NCBI GenBank assembly: GCA_021848065.1
Contig: JAJZNA010000007.1
Span: forward strand, 1 to 61,765
Direction of reading: 5' to 3'
DNA from: Candidatus Micrarchaeota archaeon
GTDB taxonomy: Archaea; Micrarchaeota; Micrarchaeia; Micrarchaeales; CABMGC01
DNA length: 61,765 bases
Shown here: positions 45,131 through 55,513 of the stretch, piece by piece
Numbering within the stretch: the stretch's first letter is position 1
Layout: every line of letters begins with the position of its first letter
Notes under the pieces: model-generated
What the model was told of the DNA's origin: nothing
Seen by the model: only the letters and a program-made list of their open reading frames with translations
Databases searched by the model: none
Made by a program: the position numbers and the translations under genes

Positions 45131-45649
45131 GTGGGAGCTTACAAGCAGATATCATCAAGTTTCAGAAACGAGTTCAAGTCAAGGGGAGACGTAGTCAAGT
45201 CAAGGCTCATGAAGTGGAGGAATGAACCTACGCTTATGAGAGTGGAAAGGCCGACAAACCTTGCCCGCGCACGCGAACTTGGATACAAGGCAAAGCAGGG
45301 AGTAATAGTCGTACGCATCAAGATAAGGAAAGGACTTAGGAAGAGGGCGAAGCCGCGAGGAGGGAGGAAGCCTTCCAAGTCGGGAAGATTCTTTGCTCAT
45401 GAAAAGTCCTTCCAGGCAATGGCGGAGGAAAGGGCTGCAAAGAAGTTCGACAACTGCGAAGTCGTTAATTCTTATTATGTGGGAGAAGACGGATCCTTCA
45501 AGTTCTTCGAGACAATAATGGTAGACAGGGAGCACCCTACAGTAAGGTCTGATAGGTTCTACGGACAGGTAGTGAGGAGGAACAACAGGGCCCTACGCGG
45601 ACTTACTCACGCGGGCCAGGAGCACAGGGATAGCGTAAACAAGAAGTAA
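45131..45649 (+). CDS. rpl15e: Ribosomal protein eL15
   Basis: RPTNLARARELGYKAKQG, AEERA, NSYYVGEDG. Confidence 0.97.
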   Translation: MGAYKQISSSFRNEFKSRGDVVKSRLMKWRNEPTLMRVERPTNLARARELGYKAKQGVIVVRIKIRKGLRKRAKPRGGRKPSKSGRFFAHEKSFQAMAEERAAKKFDNCEVVNSYYVGEDGSFKFFETIMVDREHPTVRSDRFYGQVVRRNNRALRGLTHAGQEHRDSVNKK

Positions 45650-45650
45650 G

Positions 45651-45890
45651 GTGCTTCTTTTGCCAAGGGCAAAACTGACGGTTGAGCTCGATAGGCCTGG
45701 AGACCATTTTGAGATCCTCAAGGGAGGGGAAACCCCGAAACGCTGCAAGGTGGATCTGAAGATAAACGGGGGTCAGCTCGTGATAGACATAGATGCGGAA
45801 GATAGCAGGGCCCTTGCGTCGGCTCTTGGCAGTGTCATAAAGCAGATGCGCATAATAGAGGAGGCTTCTGGGGCATTAGGGAAAGATTGA
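45651..45890 (+). CDS. pcc1: KEOPS subunit Pcc1
   Basis: LVIDIDAEDSRALASALGS; follows rpl15e; start may be TTG 45660. Confidence 0.8.
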   Translation: MLLLPRAKLTVELDRPGDHFEILKGGETPKRCKVDLKINGGQLVIDIDAEDSRALASALGSVIKQMRIIEEASGALGKD

Positions 45891-45953
45891 GAGGCCATAT
45901 GGCCCATAGGTGCTTGTTTTAAACGTTAAGAGCTATTTTCTTAGTGTGCGCAT

Positions 45954-46973
45954 ATGAGGATAATAAGGTTCAACCCGGTGAGCAATGCGCTCAAGCTCGT
46001 CCCCGAGTCGTTCGATGACTTATATCTTTTGGCAATGATAGTCGCAACCGGGGACAGTGTCGAAAGCAAGTCGACGCGCAGGTTCAGGCCAAACGAAGGG
46101 GACAAGGGCGAGCAGAAGGACGTAATCATAAGGCTGTCTGTGGAGAGGACCGAAATTGACAAGAACTCCGGAAGGCTTAGGGCTTCTGGAAAGATAACCA
46201 TGGGAAGGCCTGAGGAGTACGTGGTTCTGGGCAGCTACCATACGCTCAGCGTGGGGCCCGGAGACATCGTAGACATAGTGAAAGGGGAATGGAAGGAGTA
46301 TATCCTCGCGAGGATAAAGCAGGCGGTTGCTGATGCGAGGAAGCCTAGGCTAGGCATAATAGTGCTTGATGATGAAAAGGCCCTGGTGTCTTACATAAAG
46401 GGATACGGGATAGAGGTCGTTTCTGAACTTTACAGCAGGCTAAGCAAGAGGATGAAGGAGAAGGATTTCGAGAAGGCTAGGGAGAAGTACTTCGAAACTA
46501 TCATAGCAGCTGTCAAGAACATGTCTGTTGACATGGTGGTGATAGCAGGGCCTGGCTTCACCAAAGATGACATAAAGAAATATATTGAGGACAGGGGAGT
46601 GGAGGTGGGAAAGAAGCTTGTGTATACCCCAGCGAGCGACGCGGAGAGGTCGGGCATACGCGAGGCGATGCAGAGCGACGCAGTAGCCCGCGTGCTTGAA
46701 CATGAGCATGTAAAGAAGGAATTCGCATACCTCAATGAATTCCTCTCGGCGCTTAGGGCCGGAAACGCATTTCATGGGGTTGGAAGGGTTAAGGAGGGGC
46801 TGGAGGCTGCGAGGGTGAGGGTGGTTATGGTCAACGACTCGATGCTGAACAATGAAGCGGTGAAGGGAGTGCTGGATGAAGCAGACATGAGGAAGGTGAA
46901 GATAGAGATATTCAACTCCGAGGACGACGCGGGCATGCAGCTTGGGAATTTCTCGGGCATAGCTGCGGTATAG
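45954..46973 (+). CDS. pelA: Pelota mRNA surveillance protein
   Basis: PESFDDLYLL, RLRASG, YHTL, AGPGFTK, GIAA. Confidence 0.96.
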   Translation: MRIIRFNPVSNALKLVPESFDDLYLLAMIVATGDSVESKSTRRFRPNEGDKGEQKDVIIRLSVERTEIDKNSGRLRASGKITMGRPEEYVVLGSYHTLSVGPGDIVDIVKGEWKEYILARIKQAVADARKPRLGIIVLDDEKALVSYIKGYGIEVVSELYSRLSKRMKEKDFEKAREKYFETIIAAVKNMSVDMVVIAGPGFTKDDIKKYIEDRGVEVGKKLVYTPASDAERSGIREAMQSDAVARVLEHEHVKKEFAYLNEFLSALRAGNAFHGVGRVKEGLEAARVRVVMVNDSMLNNEAVKGVLDEADMRKVKIEIFNSEDDAGMQLGNFSGIAAV

Positions 46974-46985
46974 CTACATCTGGCG

Positions 46986-49610
46986 TTATACGTAAGTGCC
47001 TATGGCATAAGAAGGCATTGTGCCCCCTGGGGGGTACGCCCTGGTCCTGATCCAATATAGGTATATGTAGGATGTTGACCCACCAGCGGACGCGCCTGCG
47101 TAGAAGTTGGAATTGGCATTGGAAATGGTGCCAGAATATGACACTATGGTGCTGTAAGGCGGTGCGAGTCCGACTACAGTGTAGAGCCCTGACTGATACA
47201 TTGATCCGGTGTTTGTGGCGAAGTCCATTTCCATGCTTGTCGGAGTGGCTACGACCCTGCTGAAGACGTAGTTCTGGCCCGATGTCGGCATGACCTGGCT
47301 TGAAGCCACTGCTATGGCTGTGCCTGAAGGGCTCACTATTGCAGGAGCGCTGCTATGGTAGAACTCGTAGGTATTGTAATATCCACTTGAGGAAGCAGGC
47401 TGCCTTCCGCCATCCGAAGTGTCAGGGCCTGCGGTGTAAAGCCCTATACCAAGATCGTCTGCCCCGCCATTATACATCCAGCTTGCCTCGGTTATTGTAT
47501 TAAGGGTAGTGAATGCACTGGAATAGTGCAAGGCGGTTGACTGCGCACCGACATTATTCATCATCTCTAGTCCACCTCCACTTATCGCAGGCGTGAATGA
47601 CCCCGCCTGCGCTGAGACGGACCATCCGGAAGGTATGCTGCTTCCCTGGAAATTTGCGTATGTGAGGAAGACTTTTGCACCATTATCGTACTCCCCGTAT
47701 GTCCCGCTGAGCTTTGGCGATTCCCCGGTGTAGCTAGATGTAGAGGCCATAACAGGACTGGACATGAAGTTCATGTATAGCTGCTCCCCGTTAGTCTCGC
47801 CGTTTGGCAGGTTGACAAACACAACAGAAGTGCCGGAAGTTGTGCCGCCGCTCTCTATCCATGCATAAACAGGGGTGGCTCCGTTTCCACCCATATAATT
47901 GCCGGTGCTGAACTCGACATACTGCCACCCGGTTGTAGGGTACGATATGCTCCAAGGTATGGAGAGCCTCTGCTGGAAGTCGCCGGATATTGTGGACGAC
48001 GGGCTTAAGGTTATGACAGTATAATGGTACTGGCTGGACTGGCTGCTGCTTACCACGCCGAAAGTTGTGCTGGGCATCACGAAGTTTGGAGGGGTGGAGC
48101 GTACCCTGAGCCATTGGACAACCATGGCGTTGGCGCCGCTTGGCTGCCTGAATTTTATCTGGGCGTTGTTGAAGGGGAACGCATTTGATACGGTATACTG
48201 GTCTATGTAGTTCAGTTGGCTGTAGGCTTGGGTGCCTGCGCTGTCAATGCCCATGGTCCATACGCCATTCATTATGGGATAAGCACTTGCAGTTGTTGTT
48301 GATGAATTAAGATAAAGCAGGAATGGCAGGGATGTGCCGGACTTGTCCCCCACAAAGCCGCTGCCTCCGACTGGGTTGCAGTTTATGCAGTCGCCGAAGC
48401 CGAACTCGATACCACCATGACCTGCGTTGTCAGCAGGAGTTCCGAGGAAGTCGAGGGTATTGCCTGCACTGAAGCCTGGGGACGATGTGAGGAAATAATA
48501 TCCCGAAGAGGGCGGGGTGAGGACTATCCCGTCATTTACAGTTGCTGAAGAGCCTGAGGACCATTTGGACGAGTTGAGAGAGGTGCCGATGAAGTTGTCA
48601 TAGAACGTGAACACAGAGCCCCCGTTGTCGTTTGCCGCGTACGGGGAGCTGAGTTGCGGAGCCTCCCCGGTAGGGCCCTGCGCTGACATCATGGTAGTGG
48701 ACATGGGAACGAAGTTCATGTATATTGTAGTGCTGCCTGAGGCAGGTATGCTGGAAGCTAAACGCACCCATACCTGTGAGTCTGAAGTAGTGTTGCTGTT
48801 TCCGCTCTCAAGCCATGCTGGCAGCAGGGAGTACCCATTGCCCTGGTAGTAGTTGCCAGTGGTGAAAACCACATTGGTCCATGCGTTGTTGAGGTATTTG
48901 GAATATGTGCTGCTTGCCACATCGATAGCCTGCTGGAACAGTGACGGGGTTGGGGAAGACTGTGTGTTGGTCAGCATTATGGGCACATAGTATATCGTGG
49001 TGGTAGTAGGCACGATGGTGATGGTTGAGGTGGTTGTTTTTGAGGTGGTTGTTTTTGAGGTTGTTGAAATTGATGAAGTAGAGGTTGTGGATATCGAATT
49101 TGCAGTTATCAGAGACGCATATGAAAGGAACTCCCCAGAATACACAACATCATCATACGTGCAGTTGGGCTGTGATATCGCATTGCCAAACTGCGATGCC
49201 GGAGAGTTGCATAGTTTCGCATTTATGGAGAAATAGCCGCTTACCTGCGTCCCGATGGATTGTGCAGGTGTGACAGTGGCATGGCATATCGAAGTGGCGC
49301 CAGGTATCATTATTGATGGAGAGCATGTGCCGGAGAAGGTCTTGCTGCCCAGCACCACATTGGCCCCAGTTACGCTTATTGGCGCGGCGCCGCCGTTGGA
49401 TATTGAGAATATGACATTGGCGCTGTTGGATGCCGTGTCTGAATGGAATATGGCGAAATTGCACTTTACCGGGCCGAACGCAGTGCACTGGCTCTGGAGT
49501 AGGGTCTTGGTCGGATATGCGAAATAGATTAGAGCTGCAAATATTATTGCCACAAGCAGCAGCATGAATCCGTAGGTGGAAAGGAACTCTATAGCGGATT
49601 GCAGCCTCAT
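46986..49610 (-). CDS. Class III signal-peptide surface protein with Thr-rich linker and two DUF2341-like domains
   Basis: MRLQ|SAIEFLSTYG; duplicated (AW)ESG...VWV/VFV, TGEAPQLS/TGESPKLS, DNG..VF, QWLRVR/YWIRTR. Confidence 0.85.
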   Translation of the reverse strand: MRLQSAIEFLSTYGFMLLLVAIIFAALIYFAYPTKTLLQSQCTAFGPVKCNFAIFHSDTASNSANVIFSISNGGAAPISVTGANVVLGSKTFSGTCSPSIMIPGATSICHATVTPAQSIGTQVSGYFSINAKLCNSPASQFGNAISQPNCTYDDVVYSGEFLSYASLITANSISTTSTSSISTTSKTTTSKTTTSTITIVPTTTTIYYVPIMLTNTQSSPTPSLFQQAIDVASSTYSKYLNNAWTNVVFTTGNYYQGNGYSLLPAWLESGNSNTTSDSQVWVRLASSIPASGSTTIYMNFVPMSTTMMSAQGPTGEAPQLSSPYAANDNGGSVFTFYDNFIGTSLNSSKWSSGSSATVNDGIVLTPPSSGYYFLTSSPGFSAGNTLDFLGTPADNAGHGGIEFGFGDCINCNPVGGSGFVGDKSGTSLPFLLYLNSSTTTASAYPIMNGVWTMGIDSAGTQAYSQLNYIDQYTVSNAFPFNNAQIKFRQPSGANAMVVQWLRVRSTPPNFVMPSTTFGVVSSSQSSQYHYTVITLSPSSTISGDFQQRLSIPWSISYPTTGWQYVEFSTGNYMGGNGATPVYAWIESGGTTSGTSVVFVNLPNGETNGEQLYMNFMSSPVMASTSSYTGESPKLSGTYGEYDNGAKVFLTYANFQGSSIPSGWSVSAQAGSFTPAISGGGLEMMNNVGAQSTALHYSSAFTTLNTITEASWMYNGGADDLGIGLYTAGPDTSDGGRQPASSSGYYNTYEFYHSSAPAIVSPSGTAIAVASSQVMPTSGQNYVFSRVVATPTSMEMDFATNTGSMYQSGLYTVVGLAPPYSTIVSYSGTISNANSNFYAGASAGGSTSYIYLYWIRTRAYPPGGTMPSYAIGTYV

Positions 49611-49691
49611 GATACCCTAATATTAACCTAGCGCCAAAAGTTATTAATCCAACGTATGTGCACAACGGTGCCTTGAATGTACGATCTAGGT

Positions 49692-50462
49692 ATGATAAGG
49701 GCAAAGAAGAGGCTTGGGCAGGTATTCCTTTCAAACCCTGCAATAGCCGAGGCCGAGGCGGCACACGCAATAGACAAAGTGGTCCTTGAACTCGGGCCGG
49801 GGCCTGGAATACTTACCGCCGCACTTTGCAAGAATGCCAAGAGGGTTATTGCTGTGGAGAAAGACAGCCTCATGTGCACCCTGCTAAAGCACAATGTAAA
49901 ATCCAGCAAGCTTAAGCTCATAAACAAGGATTTCTTCAAGGCTGCCGAGGAGGAGCTGGAGCTGGGATCTGTGGACATCATGATATCCAACGTGCCGTAC
50001 AACCTTTCAAGCAAGGTCATAGAGTGGCTTGGAAGGCATGGTATGCAGGCGGTGCTGTGCCTACAGAAGGAGTTCGTGGACCATATGCTGGCAAAGCCAG
50101 ATACAAAAGACTATTCCAAGCTCAGCGTTATGGCGTCCTTGATGTTTCGCACTACCAAGATAATGAACGTCCCCAAAGGCAACTTCAGGCCCATCCCCAA
50201 GGTCGACTCCGCAATAATATACGTAAAGCCGAAAGGAGTTAGAATGGCAGAGCGGGATATGTTCCTAATAGGGCTTATAATGCAGCACAAGAAGAAGACG
50301 GTGTACAACGCAATACTTGATTCGGATTCGGCTATAGGCGTGGACAGGAAAAAGCTTGCAGGCATGTGCAATGGCATAATCCACAGGGATGACAGGGTAT
50401 TCAAGCTTCCTCCAGAGGAGATACTCGCAATTGCCGTGCAGCTTGGGAGTTTACTAGAATGA
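49692..50462 (+). CDS. ksgA: 16S rRNA m6,2A dimethyltransferase
   Basis: KKRLGQVFL, ELGPGPG, SNVPY, QKEF, PKVDS. Confidence 0.96.
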   Translation: MIRAKKRLGQVFLSNPAIAEAEAAHAIDKVVLELGPGPGILTAALCKNAKRVIAVEKDSLMCTLLKHNVKSSKLKLINKDFFKAAEEELELGSVDIMISNVPYNLSSKVIEWLGRHGMQAVLCLQKEFVDHMLAKPDTKDYSKLSVMASLMFRTTKIMNVPKGNFRPIPKVDSAIIYVKPKGVRMAERDMFLIGLIMQHKKKTVYNAILDSDSAIGVDRKKLAGMCNGIIHRDDRVFKLPPEEILAIAVQLGSLLE

Positions 50463-51110
50463 ATACTTAGGCTCCTCGGTCTCCTCAAGTATTATGCCGT
50501 TCTTAACATGCTCGAGGAACTTCTTTTCGGCCTCCTTTGAGCCGTCCTTGCCAAGCAGCATGCGGTAATGCATGGGGGCCACCTTCTGCGCCTTTATGGC
50601 ATGTGCAGCCTGGACGGCCTCGTCAACATTCATGACATACGTGCCGCCCATTGGTATCAAGGCCAGATCTGTTACGATCTTGGCCATCTCGTTTATGAAG
50701 TCAGTGTCACCTGCATGGTATACCTTCGTGCCGTTTATGTTGAGCACGTATCCCACCCACTTGCTCTCCTTTGGATGGTAGTGTACCCGGTTAGGAACGC
50801 TATTGTAAGCAGGCACGGTGTCGAACTCAAAGTTTCCGGAGGAGTAGTGGTTGTCGGGCTCGACGCCTATTACCTCGCCCCCGGGTATCTTATCCACGCT
50901 GTCCTTTGGCACGTATACCTTGGTGTCATCACGGATTATGAGCTTTAGGTCCTCCTCGCTTAGATGGTCGTGGTGCGGGTGGGTTATCAATATGAAATCA
51001 GCCGGCACGCGGGTGTTCCTTATGTTGAAAGGGTCTATGTATACGTTCTTACCGTCAAGTTTTAGCAGGAAGCTGGCATGACCAATCCACTTTATGAATC
51101 CGAGGTCCAT
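50454..51110 (-). CDS. MBL-fold metallo-hydrolase
   Basis: GHASF, THPHHDH, YHAGDT, PMHY. Confidence 0.93.
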   Translation of the reverse strand: MDLGFIKWIGHASFLLKLDGKNVYIDPFNIRNTRVPADFILITHPHHDHLSEEDLKLIIRDDTKVYVPKDSVDKIPGGEVIGVEPDNHYSSGNFEFDTVPAYNSVPNRVHYHPKESKWVGYVLNINGTKVYHAGDTDFINEMAKIVTDLALIPMGGTYVMNVDEAVQAAHAIKAQKVAPMHYRMLLGKDGSKEAEKKFLEHVKNGIILEETEEPKYSF

Positions 51111-51178
51111 TTTAATCGAGTCGTATTGGCTCCGAGCAGGATTTTAAGCTTTTGCATTCAATTCCTGATTGTGAGATT

Positions 51179-52057
51179 ATGATGGTTCTAGGGGGCACAG
51201 CCAGCAATGGCTTGGACATCTCGCTTGCAAGGATACTGAACGCAGATCTCGGCAAAATAGAGACCACAAAGTTTCCTGACGGGGAGATAAAGGTAAGACT
51301 TCCCGAGATTGATGACAACAGCATAGTCATAGTGCAGTCCACCCACTACCCCCAGGAGAAGAACCTGTTCGAGCTAATGTTCACGGCATACGCGCTCAAG
51401 GAGAGGAATGCGAATGTTTGCGCGGTGCTGCCGTACCTTGCATATGCCAGGCAGAACAAGAGCTTCGCGCCAGGCGAAGCAGTAAGCATAAATGCAGTGC
51501 TTAACATGCTTGAAGCAGCAGGCATAAACGCGCTGGTCACAGTAAATCCGCACAAGAGCGAGCCCCTGGACTTGTTCAAGGGCAAGGTCTGCATAGTCAA
51601 CTCTGCGCACACGCTTGCGCAAGGAGTTAAGGCGCACTTGAAGAACCCGTTCGTTCTTGCACCTGACAGCAGCGCCCTAAGCGTGGCCAAACCTGCAGCG
51701 GAGGTCCTCGGATGCGAGTACACTTACATAGACAAGCATAGGGATGCGTACGGAAACGTCACGATGCAGAAGGCGCACGGAGGCAACTTCAAGGGCAAGG
51801 ATGTGGTTATAGTGGATGACATGATAGCTGCGGGCAGCACCATAGAGCTTGCCACGCGCTTTGCATACACTGAGGGCGCCGCATCAGTATCAGCAGCATG
51901 CATACACCTGGTCATGGTGAACAATGCATACCAGAGGCTGAAGAATGCCGGAGTGGACAAGATATTCGGCACAAACACGATACCGTTTGACAAGGCAGAG
52001 ATCATAGACGTTGCAGAGGACGTTGCAAAATGCGTCAGCAGCGTGTACAAGGAGTAG
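51179..52057 (+). CDS. prs: Ribose-phosphate pyrophosphokinase
   Basis: FPDGE, PYLAYARQ, VDDMIAAGST. Confidence 0.96.
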   Translation: MMVLGGTASNGLDISLARILNADLGKIETTKFPDGEIKVRLPEIDDNSIVIVQSTHYPQEKNLFELMFTAYALKERNANVCAVLPYLAYARQNKSFAPGEAVSINAVLNMLEAAGINALVTVNPHKSEPLDLFKGKVCIVNSAHTLAQGVKAHLKNPFVLAPDSSALSVAKPAAEVLGCEYTYIDKHRDAYGNVTMQKAHGGNFKGKDVVIVDDMIAAGSTIELATRFAYTEGAASVSAACIHLVMVNNAYQRLKNAGVDKIFGTNTIPFDKAEIIDVAEDVAKCVSSVYKE

Positions 52058-52072
52058 GGCTGCGGATAAAGC

Positions 52073-53794
52073 TTATAGGGATAGGAACCTCATTTCGGCT
52101 TTGCTGTCCAGCTTGTAGAATCCGTATTTCTCAAACTGGACTATGTCCCCTTCATCAAGGTTTGACGCGTAGCCTTCTGCAACTCCGCACTTTTCAATGA
52201 TGCTTCCCTCATTGAACGAATCGCCTGATAGCAGTGGCCCTATGTCCCATAGACAGCATTTTACACTGCCGTCCTTGTTTACCCAGCTTATCTTTTTGGC
52301 TTCGATGTTTTCGGATCCGCCATACGATGCAGTTATTGAGCCTGAAATAGAATCTATTCTAACGTTGTAAGCCTCTTTCAGCCTCACAACATCGCCTGGC
52401 CTGAGGCCCTTTGCATCCTCTGAGCCTATAAGCACATCGCTTTTTGCGTAGTACGTCCTATTGCCCAGATCCACGGACGGATGCAATCGCATCGATATCC
52501 CCTTAACCCCTTCCAGGCCTTTTACATGCATCTCTGCGGGAGATTCTATGAAGAAGAGTCTCTTGGCGCCCTTGTCGGCCATCTTGCGGTTTATGTTGAG
52601 CAGTACGGATATGTCTACTACGCTCTCAGACTTCCCCATCCCGAAGCTTAGGGCGAATTCCCTTATTGCAGCTGGGAGTATGCCACGGCGCTTTAGTGCG
52701 CGTATGGTTACCAGCCTAGGATCGTCATAGCCGGCTATCTGCTTGCTCGCTATAAGCTCCCTTATCTTCCTTTTGGAAGTGGCATTGTTGGATATCTCAA
52801 GCCTGGAGAAGCTCGTTATCCTTGGATTCCTCAGGCCCAGTGCATCGAGCACAGCGAAATATAGTTCGTCGCGCATCTCGTACTCCTTGCTCCTCACCAC
52901 ATCAGTTATGCCGTTTGTTGAGTCCATGATGGGTGTGCAGAAGTCGTACGTAGGCCAGACATGGTACTTTTTGCCCTGCCTGTAGTGCGGGGAATGTTTT
53001 ATGCGAAATAGCGTGGGGTCACGCATGGTGGTGTTTACGGAGCCAAGATCGGAGTTGAGCCTCACTATGGCCTCATTGTCCCCGAAACCTCCATTAAGCA
53101 TCTTCTCCCAGAGGCCCAGGTTTGTGGCGTTGTCCTGGCTCTTGTGTGAACACGCAATGCCGCTGTCCCTGCTCTTTTTTACTTCTAAAGTATTGCATGT
53201 GCACACATATGCCATGCCTTTGCCTATGACTGATGAAGCATATTGGTAAAGGGAAGGTATTGCGTCGCTTGCATAGTACTCCGAATCGAATTTAAGCCCG
53301 AGCCAGGCCAGGTCCTCCTTTATGGAATCGACGAATTCCTGGCGCTCGTTGTCGGGGTTTGTGTCGTCGAAGTAGAGCATCAGCTTTCCAGAGTATGCCT
53401 TCCTAAGTTCGTCCTCTATGAATATGGGCTTCGCATGGCCTATGTGAAGGTAGCCTCCAGGCTCTGGAGGGAACCTTGTTACAAACTTGCCGTGCTCTGC
53501 ACCAGGTATTGAAAAGCTGTGCAAGGCGGACTTCTGTGCCTTCGTAGCCTCTGCGGCCTTGAATTCATCGGAATATGCGGAGTATTCTTCATCAATGGCA
53601 TTGCGCGCCATGGAGTTGACCTTATCCACTTCGGATTTGACTTCAGAGCGCAGCAGCCCCATATCAGACTTTGAACCTGGAAAAAGGGAGATGACCTTAC
53701 TCATCACAGCGCCTTCGCTGGCCTTGCCATAGTCCATGGCATTCTTTATAGCATACTTCCTTATTGCGGATTTGACATCGCTTCCCAAGACCAT
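52073..53794 (-). CDS. gltX: Glutamyl-tRNA synthetase
   Basis: RFPPEPGGYLHIGH, DDTNP, WPTYDF, TSKRK. Confidence 0.96.
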   Translation of the reverse strand: MVLGSDVKSAIRKYAIKNAMDYGKASEGAVMSKVISLFPGSKSDMGLLRSEVKSEVDKVNSMARNAIDEEYSAYSDEFKAAEATKAQKSALHSFSIPGAEHGKFVTRFPPEPGGYLHIGHAKPIFIEDELRKAYSGKLMLYFDDTNPDNERQEFVDSIKEDLAWLGLKFDSEYYASDAIPSLYQYASSVIGKGMAYVCTCNTLEVKKSRDSGIACSHKSQDNATNLGLWEKMLNGGFGDNEAIVRLNSDLGSVNTTMRDPTLFRIKHSPHYRQGKKYHVWPTYDFCTPIMDSTNGITDVVRSKEYEMRDELYFAVLDALGLRNPRITSFSRLEISNNATSKRKIRELIASKQIAGYDDPRLVTIRALKRRGILPAAIREFALSFGMGKSESVVDISVLLNINRKMADKGAKRLFFIESPAEMHVKGLEGVKGISMRLHPSVDLGNRTYYAKSDVLIGSEDAKGLRPGDVVRLKEAYNVRIDSISGSITASYGGSENIEAKKISWVNKDGSVKCCLWDIGPLLSGDSFNEGSIIEKCGVAEGYASNLDEGDIVQFEKYGFYKLDSKAEMRFLSL

Positions 53795-53804
53795 ATTATC
53801 GCTG

Positions 53805-54413
53805 CTAGATTGGAGCTATGTTCATAGGTCCGTATATGGTACCGTTGGCAGTTATAAGCGCCGATACCCTGAGCTTGATCTGCGTGCCTATAGCATCCTG
53901 GAGGGGCAGGTTTAGGGTGGTGTTCACGTACGTCTTATTTATGGGCAGAAGAACGCTCTGCGAACCTACGGTGAAGCTTATCGACTCTGGCAGGGAAACG
54001 TAAACCGGCCCGGTAAAGTTCAGGCATCCGAACTGCACAGGCGCAGTGCTGTTCTTGATGTAATTGTACAGATCATGCGAAGTTATATTGCCCAGGGCAA
54101 CGTCGAAGTTGAGCCCGGAATTATAGAAATTGGATACGGAATTGTTGTTCTCAAGGGATGTGAGCGCAGTGGTTACGTTAGACATGGTGGCGTTATTGTT
54201 GCTGTTGTTTGAGCAGCTTACAGTTATTGACACCGGACTGCCATATCCAGACACTGTCCCGTTGGCGATGCCCTGCCCGTAAACTGTCAGGGGCACGGTG
54301 GTAGTAGACTGCCCAGGGGCAGTGCCGAAGTTTGTCAGAGTTACATATGAGCTTATGAACATGGCCGCAATAATTATGGCCACTATTAGCTCGCCTGCCT
54401 TCTTTTTGTCCAT
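53805..54413 (-). CDS. Membrane-anchored secreted glycoprotein-like hypothetical protein
   Basis: N-terminal TM; N/S/T-rich with many NxS/T sequons. Confidence 0.75.
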   Translation of the reverse strand: MDKKKAGELIVAIIIAAMFISSYVTLTNFGTAPGQSTTTVPLTVYGQGIANGTVSGYGSPVSITVSCSNNSNNNATMSNVTTALTSLENNNSVSNFYNSGLNFDVALGNITSHDLYNYIKNSTAPVQFGCLNFTGPVYVSLPESISFTVGSQSVLLPINKTYVNTTLNLPLQDAIGTQIKLRVSALITANGTIYGPMNIAPI

Positions 54414-54481
54414 GGAATCACAACCTTTTTATTAATGACTTAATAAATAGACGTTTGTATTATATAGTTATTGGTGATGAC

Positions 54482-55174
54482 GTGAGTTTTAATGATGGCG
54501 ACTTTGTAAAGATAGACTATACTGCAAGGAGAACTGACGGGTCTTTAGTATACACCACTGATGAGAAGGTTGCGAAAGATGCTGACAGGTTCAATGCTGA
54601 GGCCAGGTATGGTCCACAGCTCGTAGTGATAGGCAAGGATACGGTAGTTAAGGGAGTCGATGCTGCAGTAAGAGGGATGGCAGTTGGAGAGGCTAAGAAG
54701 GTAGAGCTTAAGCCTGCAGATGCTTTCGGAGAGAGGAACGAGGAGCTCGTGAACGTCATGAGGCTCTCAGACTTCAAGGAGCGTGAGGTATATCCGCAGC
54801 CAGGCATGCAGGTCAATATAGATGGATCCATAGCCACGATAAAGAGCGTGAATTCAGGAAGGGTTGTAGTGGACCTCAACCACCCCCTTGCAGGAGAGGT
54901 GCTGGTTTACGACATAAAAGTTGTTGAAAAGCTCGAATCTGAAGAGGGTAAGGTGAAGGCAATAGCAGAGCACTATTCGCTCAAGCCTGACGGCGTATCG
55001 GTCTCGGGAAAGGTGGCAAGAATGTCGTTCGGCGCATCTGTTGAGAAGAATGCCGATTTTGTGATAAACAAGGCAACTGCAGCAGAGATGGTGCTCAGGT
55101 ACCTGCCCTCAGTTGAGAAAGTAGTCACCGAAGAAGAATACGCCAGAAGCAAGGAGGGCGCCAAGCAGGCTTGA
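54482..55174 (+). CDS. slyD: FKBP-type peptidyl-prolyl isomerase (long archaeal type)
   Basis: GDFVKIDYT, PADAFGER, DLNHPLAG; GGTG-N5-GTG start. Confidence 0.95.
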   Translation: MSFNDGDFVKIDYTARRTDGSLVYTTDEKVAKDADRFNAEARYGPQLVVIGKDTVVKGVDAAVRGMAVGEAKKVELKPADAFGERNEELVNVMRLSDFKEREVYPQPGMQVNIDGSIATIKSVNSGRVVVDLNHPLAGEVLVYDIKVVEKLESEEGKVKAIAEHYSLKPDGVSVSGKVARMSFGASVEKNADFVINKATAAEMVLRYLPSVEKVVTEEEYARSKEGAKQA

Positions 55175-55297
55175 AGCCTGTAGGCCTTCTTTTTCACTTT
55201 TTTCTGTTTTTGATTTGATTTAACCTAGCATTGCTTTTATATTTGGATTTGGCTAGCGCTGCTGCGGCTATGGCTTATAGTGAGAATAAGACAGTAT

Positions 55298-55486
55298 TCA
55301 GTCGTTTATGTTTATTGCGTATGTGCCGTTTACCTTTATTCCGAGCTTCTTTGCAACTTCTGACTTCTCAACATTTAGTATGACTACCTGTCCGCTCCAC
55401 TTTGTGGTGAGGTTAGACTGGCTGCATAGCGGGCACACGTTACCCTGTGCGATTATCAAGCGGTCATTTCTGCATGCGTATTCCAT
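55298..55486 (-). CDS. spt4: Spt4 (RpoE'')
   Basis: ACRND...CPLC, WSG, SEVAKKLGI..GTYA. Confidence 0.93.
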   Translation of the reverse strand: MEYACRNDRLIIAQGNVCPLCSQSNLTTKWSGQVVILNVEKSEVAKKLGIKVNGTYAININD

Positions 55487-55513
55487 GTATATCGCTTTGT
55501 ATTTTGGTTATTC

